The position numbers and the translations under genes are program-made. The notes under the pieces are model-generated. The model saw nothing but the letters and a program-made list of their open reading frames with translations. It was not told where the DNA came from and made no database searches. 64,000 bases of DNA, taken from positions 22,010,001-22,074,000 of the forward strand of contig NC_043012.1 of the NCBI RefSeq assembly GCF_006345805.1, written 5' to 3'. This document shows positions 1 through 12,200 of this stretch, one piece after another (position 1 is the first letter of the stretch; each line of letters opens with the position of its first letter). This stretch comes from Octopus sinensis. Its lineage: Eukaryota.

Positions 1-924
1 TGCTAGAGTAATATAAAATCTCCTTTTTGCTTGTACTAATAAACTACTTGTACTTGTACTTGTGGCGACATTCACCCTGGGCAGGTTGATCGGCTTCTTC
101 TCATGGAAGAAGTTTCGTGGGAATATGTGGATTTCACAAGCGGTCCCCAACAATCCCGCATGTAGAGACATCCTGTTTGCCGCAGATTGTCCGCAGACGC
201 AGGGACAGAACGACCGAAGAGCCGCCGGTTGCCGAAACAGACACTCCGAGGATTTTCACTAGAGCCCAACTGCCGGGTTGTGGCCCTAATACCACTCGGT
301 GTCTGACCAATCCAGAGTGGTGATGTTCTGATGGTAAGGTTAAAGAAAGGCGGATAGATAGAGAGATAGAGGGAGAAAGACATGATGGTGGTGGTGGTGG
401 AGGCGACGGTGGTGATTGGATAGTGAAAAGCGTATTAAAAAAAAATTGAACTAAATTTTTTAAAATCACCTAGCACTTAACGCAATTCCGTGAAATATTC
501 ACGCTTATTTACTTATTATGCAATTTAACTAAAGGTTGTCTGATATGTATGGGATATTTTTTCTTTTTTTGTTTATGGGGAAAATGGGAAAATAAGTGTG
601 AATATTTATTTTATGAGCGCTGTGTTTTAAGTCTATAAAATTATGCATACAGTATATAAAGTGTATATATAAAGTGCATTAAGTAATCATCGTATTCCAA
701 TCTTTTCCACTTTTCAATGAAGAGCAGATGAGCGACTATCTTTCCACACAGGCACAAGTGAGGCTACGCTTTCTGTTTTTTTTTGGATAAAGCTTTCAGA
801 AATAGCCCTGTGGATTTACTATTAATTCCGTGAAATATCCAAGGATCCCGCTTGAACTAATAATCATGATATTGATAAATCTAACGATTTTGGTGAATTT
901 AGCCTTTTTGAACAGGAGGAATTG

Positions 925-1190
925 GTGTCATCAAATGACATCCAATAATCATCGATGATATTGAGCCTGGACTGTAACACCTGTTGGTGGCTTAGCAAAA
1001 GTAGCCAAACCACTACTCACCATCTCCCCCAGCTTCCAGCTTAGCGTGTCTCCCTTGCTCCAAAGCCAGCGAGGGGCTCTTTGTGCGGCATCTCCTATCT
1101 TGTGAACAACCATCCTTCGCTCTTTTTCTCTTATTCCAATGGACATAAGCATTCCCTATTCCGACTAGACAGGAATTTCTCTACAGTCAA
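925..1190 (-). mobile_element. HERO/NeSL-type (restriction-like endonuclease) non-LTR retrotransposon, 3' end fragment
   Basis: Minus-strand translation CREIPV*SE*GMLMSIGIREKERRMVVHKIGDAAQRAPRWLWSKGDTLSW resembles the HERO C-terminal motif CRGF..QS.W.ML..IG...RER......EAAERAS.WLW. It contains in-frame stops. Confidence 0.65.
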
Positions 1191-1996
1191 ACTAAACCAA
1201 GAATGGTCACGACTGTAAAAGGTTCCGCTATTTTGCACGCCTATACAATGATATTAAATGAAATGAATATTGGCTAATGTTGTTTTTCTTCACAACATAT
1301 AATTATTCCAAAGAGAAAAGGGTGAGTGGTGTAGCAAGAAAGAATTTTGAGGCTGGTAGAAACATCTGGCTGGCAGGTAGTTTAGAATCTGTTGGAATGT
1401 CGCTAACTGTGAAACCACGTGGTGCTTTTACATCGTTCTGGGGGAGACGGTTAATTTCAGATCTTTTTTTTTTTTTAATAAAGTTTCATTCACTGATTAT
1501 CTTCCTCTGTTCAACAAATGTTGTTTGTTTGCGTAATTGTTTCGCAGTAAAATGATTTAGTTTTGGATGCAGATCGTCCCAATATGATTTCAATCGATTC
1601 ATCTATCCAACTGCGGGGTTTTGTTTCGCTCTTTTGTAACAGTTATATAAATCAATATTCAATTCATAACTTAAAAAGAAAAAAAAAGTTACGGCTTGTT
1701 CTGTAACTACAGCTAGAAAGAGTATGTTTACCAGAGGAGCTGTTGTTTCCATTCTCTTGTTCGGTTATGTTGTTGATGTGTCCAGCCATGTTGTTGTAAA
1801 CTCACTGCATGGTAAATTCAAGTTTTAGTCGAAAATCGCTATGACCGTGAATAAAAGTCACAATCAGTTAATTACTTTGAGGGTTAGCCAGTTATTTAAC
1901 AAGGCTCCAAAGTTGTGGCTTCAAAGCTGGGGATCGTATTCATCGTATTTTCGATAATCTCCCACGTCAAATACGCGGTATGTATGTATGATTGAT

Positions 1997-2368
1997 ATGC
2001 AACACATTTTGAATGCATTCTCTGATGCTTGCACTGCCTTAGGATTGACAGTCAATCTCAAGAAAACTGTTGTCATGCATCAACCTGCCCCTGGTAAGCA
2101 GTATAGTGTACCAAATATCTGGCAAACGACTTGATGTAGTTGATCAGTTTGTCTACCTGGGAAGCACTATTAATAGATATGGCAATTTGGATGATGAAAT
2201 TCCATATAGAATTAGGAAAGCTGGCTATTACCAGTAAAGGTTTTAGTTGCCAGTTTTGTACAAGACATTGTAGATCTTTAGCTGAGCTAAAAAGTCACAT
2301 TCGATCACAGCACCAGTAACGGTTCAGCTTCGTGCAATGGCCATACTCGATAACGAGGGGGCAGCCAT
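1997..2368 (+). mobile_element. RTE-clade LINE, internally deleted: RT-thumb fragment joined to the C-terminal C2H2 finger and 3' UTR
   Basis: MQHILNAFSDACTALGLTVNLKKTVVMHQP, a frameshift, then GKRLDVVDQFVYLGSTINRYGNLDDEI (1997-2229). CQFCTRHCRSLAELKSHIRSQHQ* follows at 2248-2319. The 3' UTR runs into a (TATG)n tail. Confidence 0.85.
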
Positions 2369-2369
2369 A

Positions 2370-2444
2370 ATGTATGTATGTATGTATGTATGTATGTATG
2401 TATGTATGTATGTATGTATGTATGTATGTATGTATGTATGTATG
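2370..2444. repeat. (TATG)n microsatellite, tail of the RTE element
   Basis: Pure tetranucleotide array read directly. Confidence 0.95.
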
Positions 2445-2476
2445 TGTCTGTTAGCTATTAATGTATATATGTGTGT

Positions 2477-2798
2477 GAAGGCGCGTGGCTTAGTGGTTAG
2501 GGTATTCAGCTCACGGTCGGAAGGTCGTGAGTTCGGTTCACGGCAGCGTGTTGTGTCTTTGAGCAAGATACTTCATTTGACGGTCCAGTCCACGCAGCTG
2601 GCAAAAATGAGTTCTACTTGTATTTCAAAGGGCCAGCGTTGTCACATTCTATGTCGCACTGAATCTGCCTGAGAAGTATGTTAAGGGTGCGTGTGTCTGT
2701 GGAATGCTCAGCCACCTGCGCGTTAATTGCACGGACAAGCTGTTCCGTTGATCTAACAGATTGGAACCTTCGTCGTCGTAACCGATTGAGCACCAGTT
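2477..2798 (+). mobile_element. tRNA-derived CORE-type SINE with tail Y
   Basis: A-box TGGCTTAGTGG, B-box-like GAGTTCGGTTC and CORE-like GTGTCTTTGAGCAAGATACTT. The tail AAAGGGCC..GTCGTCGTAACCGA is shared with the copies at 21.3 kb and 32.4 kb. Confidence 0.8.
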
Positions 2799-2807
2799 AT
2801 ACCTAAA

Positions 2808-3626
<819 letters not shown>

Positions 3627-3895
3627 TTATCTATCTTTCTCTCTGTATATATGCGATGAACATCCGTTGTTGTAACGATAACGATTCGGCTGTTCCATCT
3701 AATGAATTAGTTCCTCCCAAATAAGCGTGTTGAGTACCGATGTTGGTGTTTTTACATCCACGTAACCTAGCGGTTCGGCAAAAGATACCAAGAGAATTTG
3801 TAGCAGACTTTGAAAAAAGAAAGAGCTGTAATTTTCTAGATGGTGTAATTTAATTGTTCATTTCGAATTGATAAAATGTGTTTTTTCTCTAATTT

Positions 3896-4064
3896 TTTAC
3901 ATATATATATAATATATGTATGTATATATACGTATATATATATACATACATTTATATATATGTATATATATATGTCTATATATATACATACATATATATA
4001 TATATATATGTATATACATCCATTTATATATATGTATATTATATGTACATATATATATATTGAC

Positions 4065-4095
<31 letters not shown>

Positions 4096-4131
4096 CATTT
4101 ATATATATGTATATATATATGTACATATATC

Positions 4132-4165
<34 letters not shown>

Positions 4166-4392
4166 GTATATATATATATATACATGTACATATATATACA
4201 TACATGTATATATACACATATATATGTATATATATACAAATACGTACATATATATACATACATATATATACACATACATATCTATATGTATAAATAGACA
4301 TACATGCATACATACATATATATATATGTATGTATATATACATACATATATATATGTTTATATATGTGTGTGTGTGTGTGTATGTATATATA
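3896..4392. repeat. Degenerate (TA)n/(TACA)n microsatellite
   Basis: Read directly. Confidence 0.95.
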
Positions 4393-4582
4393 GGTTATGA
4401 GAGGTAATGGTGTCAGGTAATGCTATGGACAGACATTAGTTAAGCTCCAGGTTCGGTAATTTATGCGAACGAGGAGTCCAACTTATGTCATATATCAGCA
4501 TACGTTTACATTAAAAAAAATTAACAGAATGAGATAAAAATCTAAGGCTGTGAAAGATATAAGAACATTTATAAATAGAGGG

Positions 4583-4630
4583 ACTCACAGCTGTTTCCGG
4601 GATATTTTATATATCCGTTCATCGGAGACG
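4583..4630 (-). ncRNA. Degenerate Penelope-type minimal hammerhead ribozyme
   Basis: Minus strand CCGATGA-A-CGGATAT/ATATCC-CG-GAAAC-AGCT-GTG. The core has U4>C and the cleavage triplet is GUG, so it is probably inactive. Confidence 0.45.
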
Positions 4631-4757
4631 GTGTGAGAAAAAGGTTAAGCTTTAGTTATTCTAGATAAGATATGAAATAGAGAATAAAGTGGAGGAATGA
4701 AATTAGACGTGAGATATGCTGGGATATTGTATCTGCAGTTCCATTATTTAGGCAGAT

Positions 4758-6768
4758 GCACCGCCATTTGCTACACTGTTATTACTGAGAGCCTCCTAAA
4801 TATGTGGTACTTGGTGAAGAGTTTCATGAAGCTACCCTCTTGCCGTGAGGTAGGTTGTTCTGAGAGTCTTGACAGGAAGAGGTCCAGCTTTGATTTAAAA
4901 ACGCCTACATCTACTTTGTGCAGATTCCTCAGGCTCTTTGGGAGAATATTAAAATGCTGTGGGCCCCTGAAACTCAGGCTGCTGCAGTAACTGGTCTTAA
5001 AGCGAGATGGCGTTGCTGGGATCTTTGGCACTATGCAGCGTCATCCCGTTCTGGCAATGGTGTAGCTTTCAATGCCAAAATTTGGCACAATTCCTTCCGG
5101 AGTCTTCCAGATGTATATTACTGCATACCTCTCCCGCCTTCTCTCCAGGGAGTAGAGTCTTAACTGTTTCAACCTTTCCCAGTAGCTGAGAAATTGCAAA
5201 GAGACGATCTTGTTTGTGAATCTTCTCTGGATTGCTTCAAGGTCCGCTGTTAATTTCACACTTGTGGGTGACCATAGCTGTAAGCAGTAATCTGGGCGGC
5301 TGAGGACGAATGTCCTCCAGAGGACCACAATGGTTTCCTTATCTCTGGTTCTGAATGTTCTTGGGATCCATCCAGCCATTCGTCTGCACTTTGTCGCCAT
5401 CCAGATAAAGTGCACTTGGAAAGAGGTTCTGTATTTTCTGCGAGACTTTCGTATCATCTACGTAGCTTGCCAGAGTGGCTATCCGGGCACTTGAGGGCAT
5501 ATCTGAGAGAGCCACTATAAAAAGCAGTTTTCATAGAGATGGCTCCATTAGCCACTACTGCTTCACTCCTATCTTTCAGAAAGTCATGTAACCACTCTCC
5601 AAGTTTTCCAGCTATGCCGAGATCACGCAGTTTGTGGCATATCATACCACGATCCAATTTATCAAAAGCTTTTGCAAAATCAAGGTATATTACGTCCACA
5701 TTTGAGTTGATGAGTAACTGTCTAAACACCCTGTCATAATGTTGTAAGAGCTGTGTCAGGTAGCTCCTACCTGGTCGAAAGCCGTGCTGGGTATCACTCA
5801 GCAAGTTATTTTCATCAAGGAATGTGATTAGTTTCCCTCTGGGTATTCGCTCCATGACTTTGCTAATGTGTGAAGTCAGAGAGATAGGCCTATAGTGTTT
5901 GGTATCTGCTCTGCTCCCCCCCCTTTATGGATTGGACATATTATTCCCTCCTTCAGCTTGCTTGGCGATCTGCCATTTGTAAGAAATCTCTGGAAGAGAA
6001 TCTGGAGGGGTATTGCTAGGGCATGCTTACACGCTTTGAGGAGGAATTCAGGGTAACCATCAGGACCACCAGTTGAGTTTGTGTCAACTTCATCTGTGGC
6101 TAGTAGTATATCTTCTTCGCTAATGCCGATGTATTCCATCGTAACTGCCTCGCTGTTTATAGGGGAGGCGGCAAAGAAGTCCACTGGTTCGTTCACTTCT
6201 CTGTGTTCCAACGGGGTGGTTAAGACACTTTTGAACTGGTCATTCAGTATCTCACTGATCCTGTTTGGACTGTTTGTAAGGGAGCCATCCTTTTGGGAGA
6301 GGAGTCCTATCTTGCAGCGTAGTGGGGCTGTTTCTTTCGCGTAATGAAAGAAGGCCTTTGGGTTTGACTTAATGTTTTTCATAACCCAGGCTTTTTTGTC
6401 TGCTTTCTCCCTCATATAGGATTGTTGCAGCCTTTTCAATCTCCATCAGTGTTGTGTTTAGGCGGGACGTTTCACTACTATTGGAATGTTGGTTGAGTCG
6501 ATTTGCAACCTTCGTCCGTCGTCTCATGAGGATCTTCCTCTCCCTTGGAACCTTGTTCCTATTTGTTTTGGCCTTGTGCTCTGAGACATATTTATGGCAT
6601 ATGGTTTGCATGAAACATTCTAGTTTCATGTCAATGTCTGATGTGGGTAGACATTTCGGCCAGTCCTCTTTCAGGATCTCTTTTTGGATCGACTTCCAGT
6701 CTGCTATGTGGAAGTTGAGATTGGAGAGATTTCGGGTGTTTCCTTTAGGTTGTATGTCCCTGGTTACA
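4758..6768 (-). mobile_element. CR1-clade LINE ORF2 remnant (5'-truncated, with frameshifts and internal deletions)
   Basis: KAFFHYAK; QHGFRPGRSYLTQLL; VIYLDFAKAFDKLD; FIVALSDMP..SYVDDTK (YVDD at 5453-5464); LEAIQRRFT..YWERLKQLRLYSLERRRERY; RGPQHFNILPKSLRN..FKSKLDLFL. The GVPQGSVLGP motif is deleted. Confidence 0.92.
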
Positions 6769-6806
6769 TACATGCATACATATACATACATACATACATA
6801 CATACA

Positions 6807-6866
<60 letters not shown>

Positions 6867-6934
6867 CATGCATATGTATATACATACATATATATACATA
6901 CATATGTATATACATACATATATATACATATATA

Positions 6935-7066
6935 TGTGTGTGGTAAGTAGCTTGCTTACGAACCACACGGTTCCGGGTTCAGTCCCACTACGTGGCACAT
7001 TGGGCAAGTGTCTTCTACTATAGCCTCGGAATAACCAAATCTTGTGAATGGATTTGTTACATATGT
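6935..7066 (+). mobile_element. CORE-SINE head, 3'-truncated (GGCTGTGTGG family)
   Basis: TGTGGTAAGTAGCTTGCTT..GGTTCAGTCCCAC..TTGGGCAAGTGTCTTCT, matching the full-length copies at 19.2, 23.0 and 51.0 kb. Confidence 0.85.
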
Positions 7067-7077
7067 ATGTATGTATG

Positions 7078-7109
<32 letters not shown>

Positions 7110-7169
7110 ATATATATAGATATATATATATATATATATATAATATATATTATATATATATATATATTA

Positions 7170-7910
7170 TTTAAAGGATCATAATAAACAATTTGATTTG
7201 GAATGGAATATTCTATCTATATCATTCCATATGATAAAGGTAAATATTTTTGTCCGGTTTGTAACTATGAAATGTATTTCATTCTGTTTTCAGTGAATCT
7301 TCTTCTAAACACGTTTATCGTTGCAAACATTGTCAAAAATATACCTTTAGTTCATATAAGCGATTTCTACCATTCTATAAAATTTGACTTTTGACTGTCT
7401 TCTTACATTTCACTTCCACTAAATATATCTATTTCCATGCCTTTAAGCTTTATTCCTATTCATATATCGCTCTACATCTTTCCACTATTTGTTTTCTGTT
7501 AATTTCTTTCTTTCTCCTCCTTTCTTTATAGACTACCTTTGCCGTTATATCTTTTAACGATTTATTAAAAAAACTTGATAGCATTCCCTTCATCATATAC
7601 GCAGTCATCACATTCTGTTAAAATGTCTTACTAATGTGTATGGCTTCTTTCTTTCCCTGATGAGAAGATTACATTGTTTTACATCATTTTATTCTTTCTG
7701 GAATATTACCAATGTTTTCTTCGAAACATATGTCGGAAGTAAAAATATTTGAATAACACCTGCATTTAACTCTATTTATTTCTCGATGCTAAACAAAAGC
7801 ATTTCACCAAAACCTGGAATTAGGCTGTTACATCCTTGGTACTTGTGTGAAATTTTGCTACCTTGGTAACTATTTATTTGTTTACCGTTTTATTTGTAAT
7901 CATTGAAAAA
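7170..7910 (+). mobile_element. Penelope-like element 3' end (GIY-YIG C-terminus plus pLTR)
   Basis: LKDHNKQFDLEWNILSI / PYDKGKYFCPVCNYEMYFIL..LLLN / CKHCQKY resembles the PLE motif LKD....I.W.IL....PY......C.LC..EK..IL...LLN....CRH..K. A hammerhead lies downstream. Confidence 0.75.
7652..7739 (+). ncRNA. Type I minimal hammerhead ribozyme (intact core)
   Basis: Stem I TTTCC/GGAAG, core CTGATGA (7657-7663), stem II GAAGA/TCTTC, GAAA (7723-7726), then C-ATAT-GTC. Predicted cleavage is after C7734, within the palindrome ACATATGT. Confidence 0.75.
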
Positions 7911-7974
7911 ATACACATACATTTATACACACAAACACACTCATATATATATACACAATCATACACACATCATA

Positions 7975-8084
7975 TACATTTCATAGTTACAAACCGAACA
8001 AAAAGATTTACCTTTATCATATGGAAATGATATAGATAGAATATTCCATTCCAAATCAAATTGTTTATTATGATCCTTTAAATA

Positions 8085-8142
<58 letters not shown>

Positions 8143-8268
8143 ATATCTAACAAATCCATTCACAAGATTTGGTTAGCCCGAGGCTATAGTAGAAGACACT
8201 TGCCCAAGGTACCACGTAGTGGGACTGAACCCGGAACCGTGTGGTTCGTAAGCAAACTACTTACCACA

Positions 8269-8272
<4 letters not shown>
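7975..8272 (-). repeat. Inverted duplicate of 6935-7276 (SINE head + (TA)n + Penelope fragment)
   Basis: The reverse complement shares copy-specific variants (CTTACGAACCACACGG, CCACTACGTGG) and the same SINE truncation point. Confidence 0.9.
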
Positions 8273-8314
<42 letters not shown>

Positions 8315-8796
8315 CATACATACTTATATGAATATATACGCGCGCGCGCTCCGTGTATATGTTAAGTAGTTTTTCTTATGCGCTTCTTCCCCAGAAAAAA
8401 TAAGGGTTAAGATAGGCCCCGGAAAAAAAAATTTGGTCTTTGTTGCTGAAACTGAAGTGAATTACGTTATTTGTAGTTTTGTGTTTATTGGCAGAAATGT
8501 AGCACAAGGTGTGAAAAGGATTCGAACTCTTGGCTGATGTGATTGTGATTCTATAAATTAACAAGTGAACCATATCTTTATCTGTTTTTACACACGCACA
8601 CGCGCGCGTCCATCTACCATATTAATATGTTATTTATCTATGTACGCGTGTATGTATACATGTGTGCTTGTGTGTACGTATGCATGAATATGTATATATA
8701 TATATATATATATACATGGCTCCACACACGCATACATACACACAGCCATACACAAAGAGATAGCTAATCTCGTGCTTTATATATATATATACACAA

Positions 8797-8834
<38 letters not shown>

Positions 8835-9974
8835 TCTTCTCCCTCCTTTCTTTGAGAGGCGATGCGTTACTAAAGCAGCTGTTGATTCCAGGCTAAGTTT
8901 CCCACACACCTGACTGTTTCATGTATTATGATGTAGCAGCAGACTGTGTGTACAATCCCTTATTATGTTACTTCCTTAGACAAAAAAAAAAAAGAAAACA
9001 AAACAAAAGAAACATGAAACAATACACAGCTGAAGGTAAAAACTCCTCTTTTGTTCATATACTTATTTCTATCCTCAACTACTGCCACGTCCAAAAAGAA
9101 CAACTGTAGTCATAAGCGCCATTTTGTTTCTTGGGCAGAACTTTTTATCCCCAATCATATATATATATATATATATATAGTTTCTTTCTTCCCATTGCTT
9201 TATTATTCTTATAGTAAATTTCTAGTTGTTACTTTTGCTTCATTTGTATTGTTTTACGAGATGTATATTCTTCGTGTAAAAAAAAAAAAGAAAAAGACGA
9301 CGGTTGGATAATTTCTGTAATTTTTACCCTCTTTGTTTTATATATTTTTTAGTGTGCTATTGTCACTGCTAACCCCACGGAGGTCTCATCATCATCATTA
9401 TCATCATCATCATCATCATCATCATCACTATTATTATTGTTATTGTCACTTTTATTGTTGTTTTTTTCTTCTTATTGTTGCTGTTGTTAATATTACGTTT
9501 ATATTTTTCTATTTTAATATTTTCCCATTATTTCTCGGAGGAGATATTAATATCATAGACATAGTAATATCTTAAGGGCTACACGAAAAAGAACAATAGT
9601 ATACTAATCCCTCTGACTTCAACGGAATATGTTCATAGCTGAGAAAAAGAAGAAAAGAAAAAAAAATACAAAGAATATCGATCAAAGAATGTTGATTTCG
9701 AATAAACACCTCAAGAGAATGAGGATTATAGGTTAGAGGAATAAGAAGGAAAAAAAAAGGAAGAAATGAAAAGGAGGAAGGAGAAAGCAAAACAAAAGGA
9801 GAAAAAAAAAAGACGAAGCAGATGAAGATGGTGGGAGGTGGAGGAAGAGGAAAAAAATGATCACTTGAAAGGAATGAATATTTGATCCCTTTTCACGAAG
9901 TCTTTTCAGATCTATCCATGTATTGGTAATTGTAGAATATAGGTTCAGCTTAGACATGGAACGATGAATGTACA

Positions 9975-10036
<62 letters not shown>

Positions 10037-10050
10037 TAACAATAATAATA
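9975..10050. repeat. (TAA)n microsatellite
   Basis: Read directly. Confidence 0.95.
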
Positions 10051-10466
10051 ATCTATGACTGAAACAAGTAAAAAATAAACGATAAAATTCTATAACTGAA
10101 AAGGGATATACGAGTTAATCCTTACAATATGCTCGATGTACATTGTTATTGATGATTGTGATGTTGTTGCCATCATCTTTGCTTTTGGTTGTTCTTATTA
10201 TCACCATCATCATCGTCGTCATTATTGTCGCCGCCGCCGTCATCATCATCATCATCATCAGGATTATCATTGCTTATGCTAAATGCTATTACAGCGTTGT
10301 CGCCGCTTATTAATCTGGAGTTAGTAGTAGCCAAGTGCGACCAAACACACTGACATCTCGATGCTTATAGATTCAGATGATCAACAAAATACATTGAAAC
10401 AGCCATGATATCATCTCACTTACTTTAGGTGTTTTCTTTTTATTTGTTTTCTATTATTATCGAGCC

Positions 10467-10552
10467 TCAAGGGACGACGAACAAAAAAGAAGAAAAAAAT
10501 ACTGGATGAACTTCGACAGGTTTGCAAATTAGATTGGTGATGATTTCTTCTA
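10467..10552 (-). CDS. Candidate terminal coding exon of an unidentified host gene
   Basis: TTCCTATTTCTTGCAAG acceptor (AAG type, weak). The phase-1 entry reads EEIITNLICKPVEVHPVFFSSFLFVVP*. AATAAA lies at 10439-10444. Supported only by phase compatibility with the upstream candidates. Confidence 0.2.
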
Positions 10553-10934
10553 CTTGCAAGAAATAGGAACACATTTGTATATAAAAAAAAAAACCAAAAA
10601 AACAAAAGTGTTTGAGTTAAGCGAATCAATCCCTTTTTCCAGCTCGCATCCTTATGTAATCGACTTTATAAAGATGAAAGGTAAATACGAACGGGATGGG
10701 TTTCCATTCATAATGTAAAACAACGAAACTAAACGCCCCATGACTAGTGCAGTCATTCACTAGCCATAGTTAATGACATGAACAGGTAGATTATATCATA
10801 CTCCAAACAACAGCGAGCTATTATAAGCATTATATTCTCAAACACGCCTTATGCTATTTCTAGAGGCTTTGATGCTATAAATATTATAGTGCGTGTGTGT
10901 GCGTGTATCTATCTATCTATCTATCTATCTATCT

Positions 10935-11000
<66 letters not shown>

Positions 11001-11003
<3 letters not shown>

Positions 11004-11162
11004 TTTTTTTAATTTTATCTCCCCCTTTTTTGTCCTCTTTCTTTCCTTTTACGATCCTTTTTGATCGAAAACCAAACCGCCTTTTTTTTACCCCCAAAAG
11101 AAAAGCTCCACCTTGTAATTTGTCCTGTCTGTGTGCAGCCCTGTGTGGCTAATAAAGAAACA
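11001..11162 (+). mobile_element. Short LINE-like 3' end inserted inside a (TATC)n array
   Basis: Flanked by (TATC)n at 10906-11000 and 11166-11256. Homologous to 3505-3626. Confidence 0.7.
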
Positions 11163-11165
11163 TAC

Positions 11166-11256
<91 letters not shown>

Positions 11257-11284
11257 CTCTCTCTCTATATATATGCATGTATAT

Positions 11285-11425
11285 ATCACCTTGATTACCT
11301 TGACCGACCAGTCCGTCGGGCGTCCATTTGACACCGCTGGTCACAGCATGCTGTCCACTCCTCTCAGGATCGCGCTTTTCTCATCCACGTGATCCCAATC
11401 ATCCTCCTGAAATCGTAACTCCACC
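11285..11425 (-). mobile_element. RTE-like LINE extreme 3' fragment
   Basis: The minus strand reads approximately VELRFQEDDWDHV.RKA.D..EW, an RTE-type C-terminus with frameshifts. It ends in TGTGACCAGCGGTGTC..CTGGTCGGTCAAGGTAATCAAGGTGAT. Confidence 0.45.
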
Positions 11426-12036
11426 GATATATATACATATACATACAGACACGTACGCATGTAAATACAATTATATCCCTGCGCAAAGTGACATGATCGA
11501 ACACGTTCCAGGCGTGTCCGTCCCGTATTTTTATATACCAGGGACGAAATTATCATTCAATGCTTAATTTATTTATTTAAGATGAGATTTAACTGCTATT
11601 TCTTGCGAGACAAATACCAACGTAAAGATTCGGCCATTGGCTCGAAATTTAATGTTATGTTTACGTTGCTGAATGAAGACATTCGCCTCCTATGAATATT
11701 TGAATTTTGGGTATAAACATGTCACAACACTGTAGCTGCTTATAATGTTGAACTCATTTCCATGTGAGCCTTCTTATGCATCGCATCGAATCGTGTTATC
11801 GTTACTAAACAACCAGAATAGAATAAATCTGTAGTGACATTTTAGGATAGATAATGTCACATCCTCAAGATTAATTTCACATTGGCCGACACCGGTTGTC
11901 AAATTCGGGTCGTATTGCCCTGCTTGCGGTTTTTCTCTGTTGCGTCAGTCCTTGAATATCAAATACAGAATTTAAAATGAGACTCTGTTTATCTATGTAG
12001 ATCACGTTATCAAGCTTTCACCACAGCTCAACCTAC

Positions 12037-12087
12037 GTTTGCGTTTCAGCTGATAGGCTGCAAAAATGTTTCTTCTTCTAAGTCTTC
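12037..12087 (-). CDS. Candidate 51-nt internal exon (phase 1-1)
   Basis: AATTTTGTTTCAAG acceptor and AAC|GTAGGT donor. In frame with the 13.0-13.2 kb exon it reads (R)RLRRRNIFAAYQLKRK. Confidence 0.3.
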
Positions 12088-12150
12088 CTTGAAACAAAAT
12101 TGCCTATTCTCTCTCCTTTTCTCTCTCCTTTTCTCTGTGTCTGTCTCTCT

Positions 12151-12200
<50 letters not shown>

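Noticed and set aside
62-330. GC-richer stretch with short ORFs at the window start
   Set aside because: No motif I can assign. It may be a transposon fragment cut by the window edge.
2477-2545. tRNA-like A/B boxes (also at 19151, 22952, 26014, 32750-32823 and 63707)
   Set aside because: There is no complete cloverleaf, and each is followed by SINE body and tail sequence, so these are SINE heads rather than tRNA genes.
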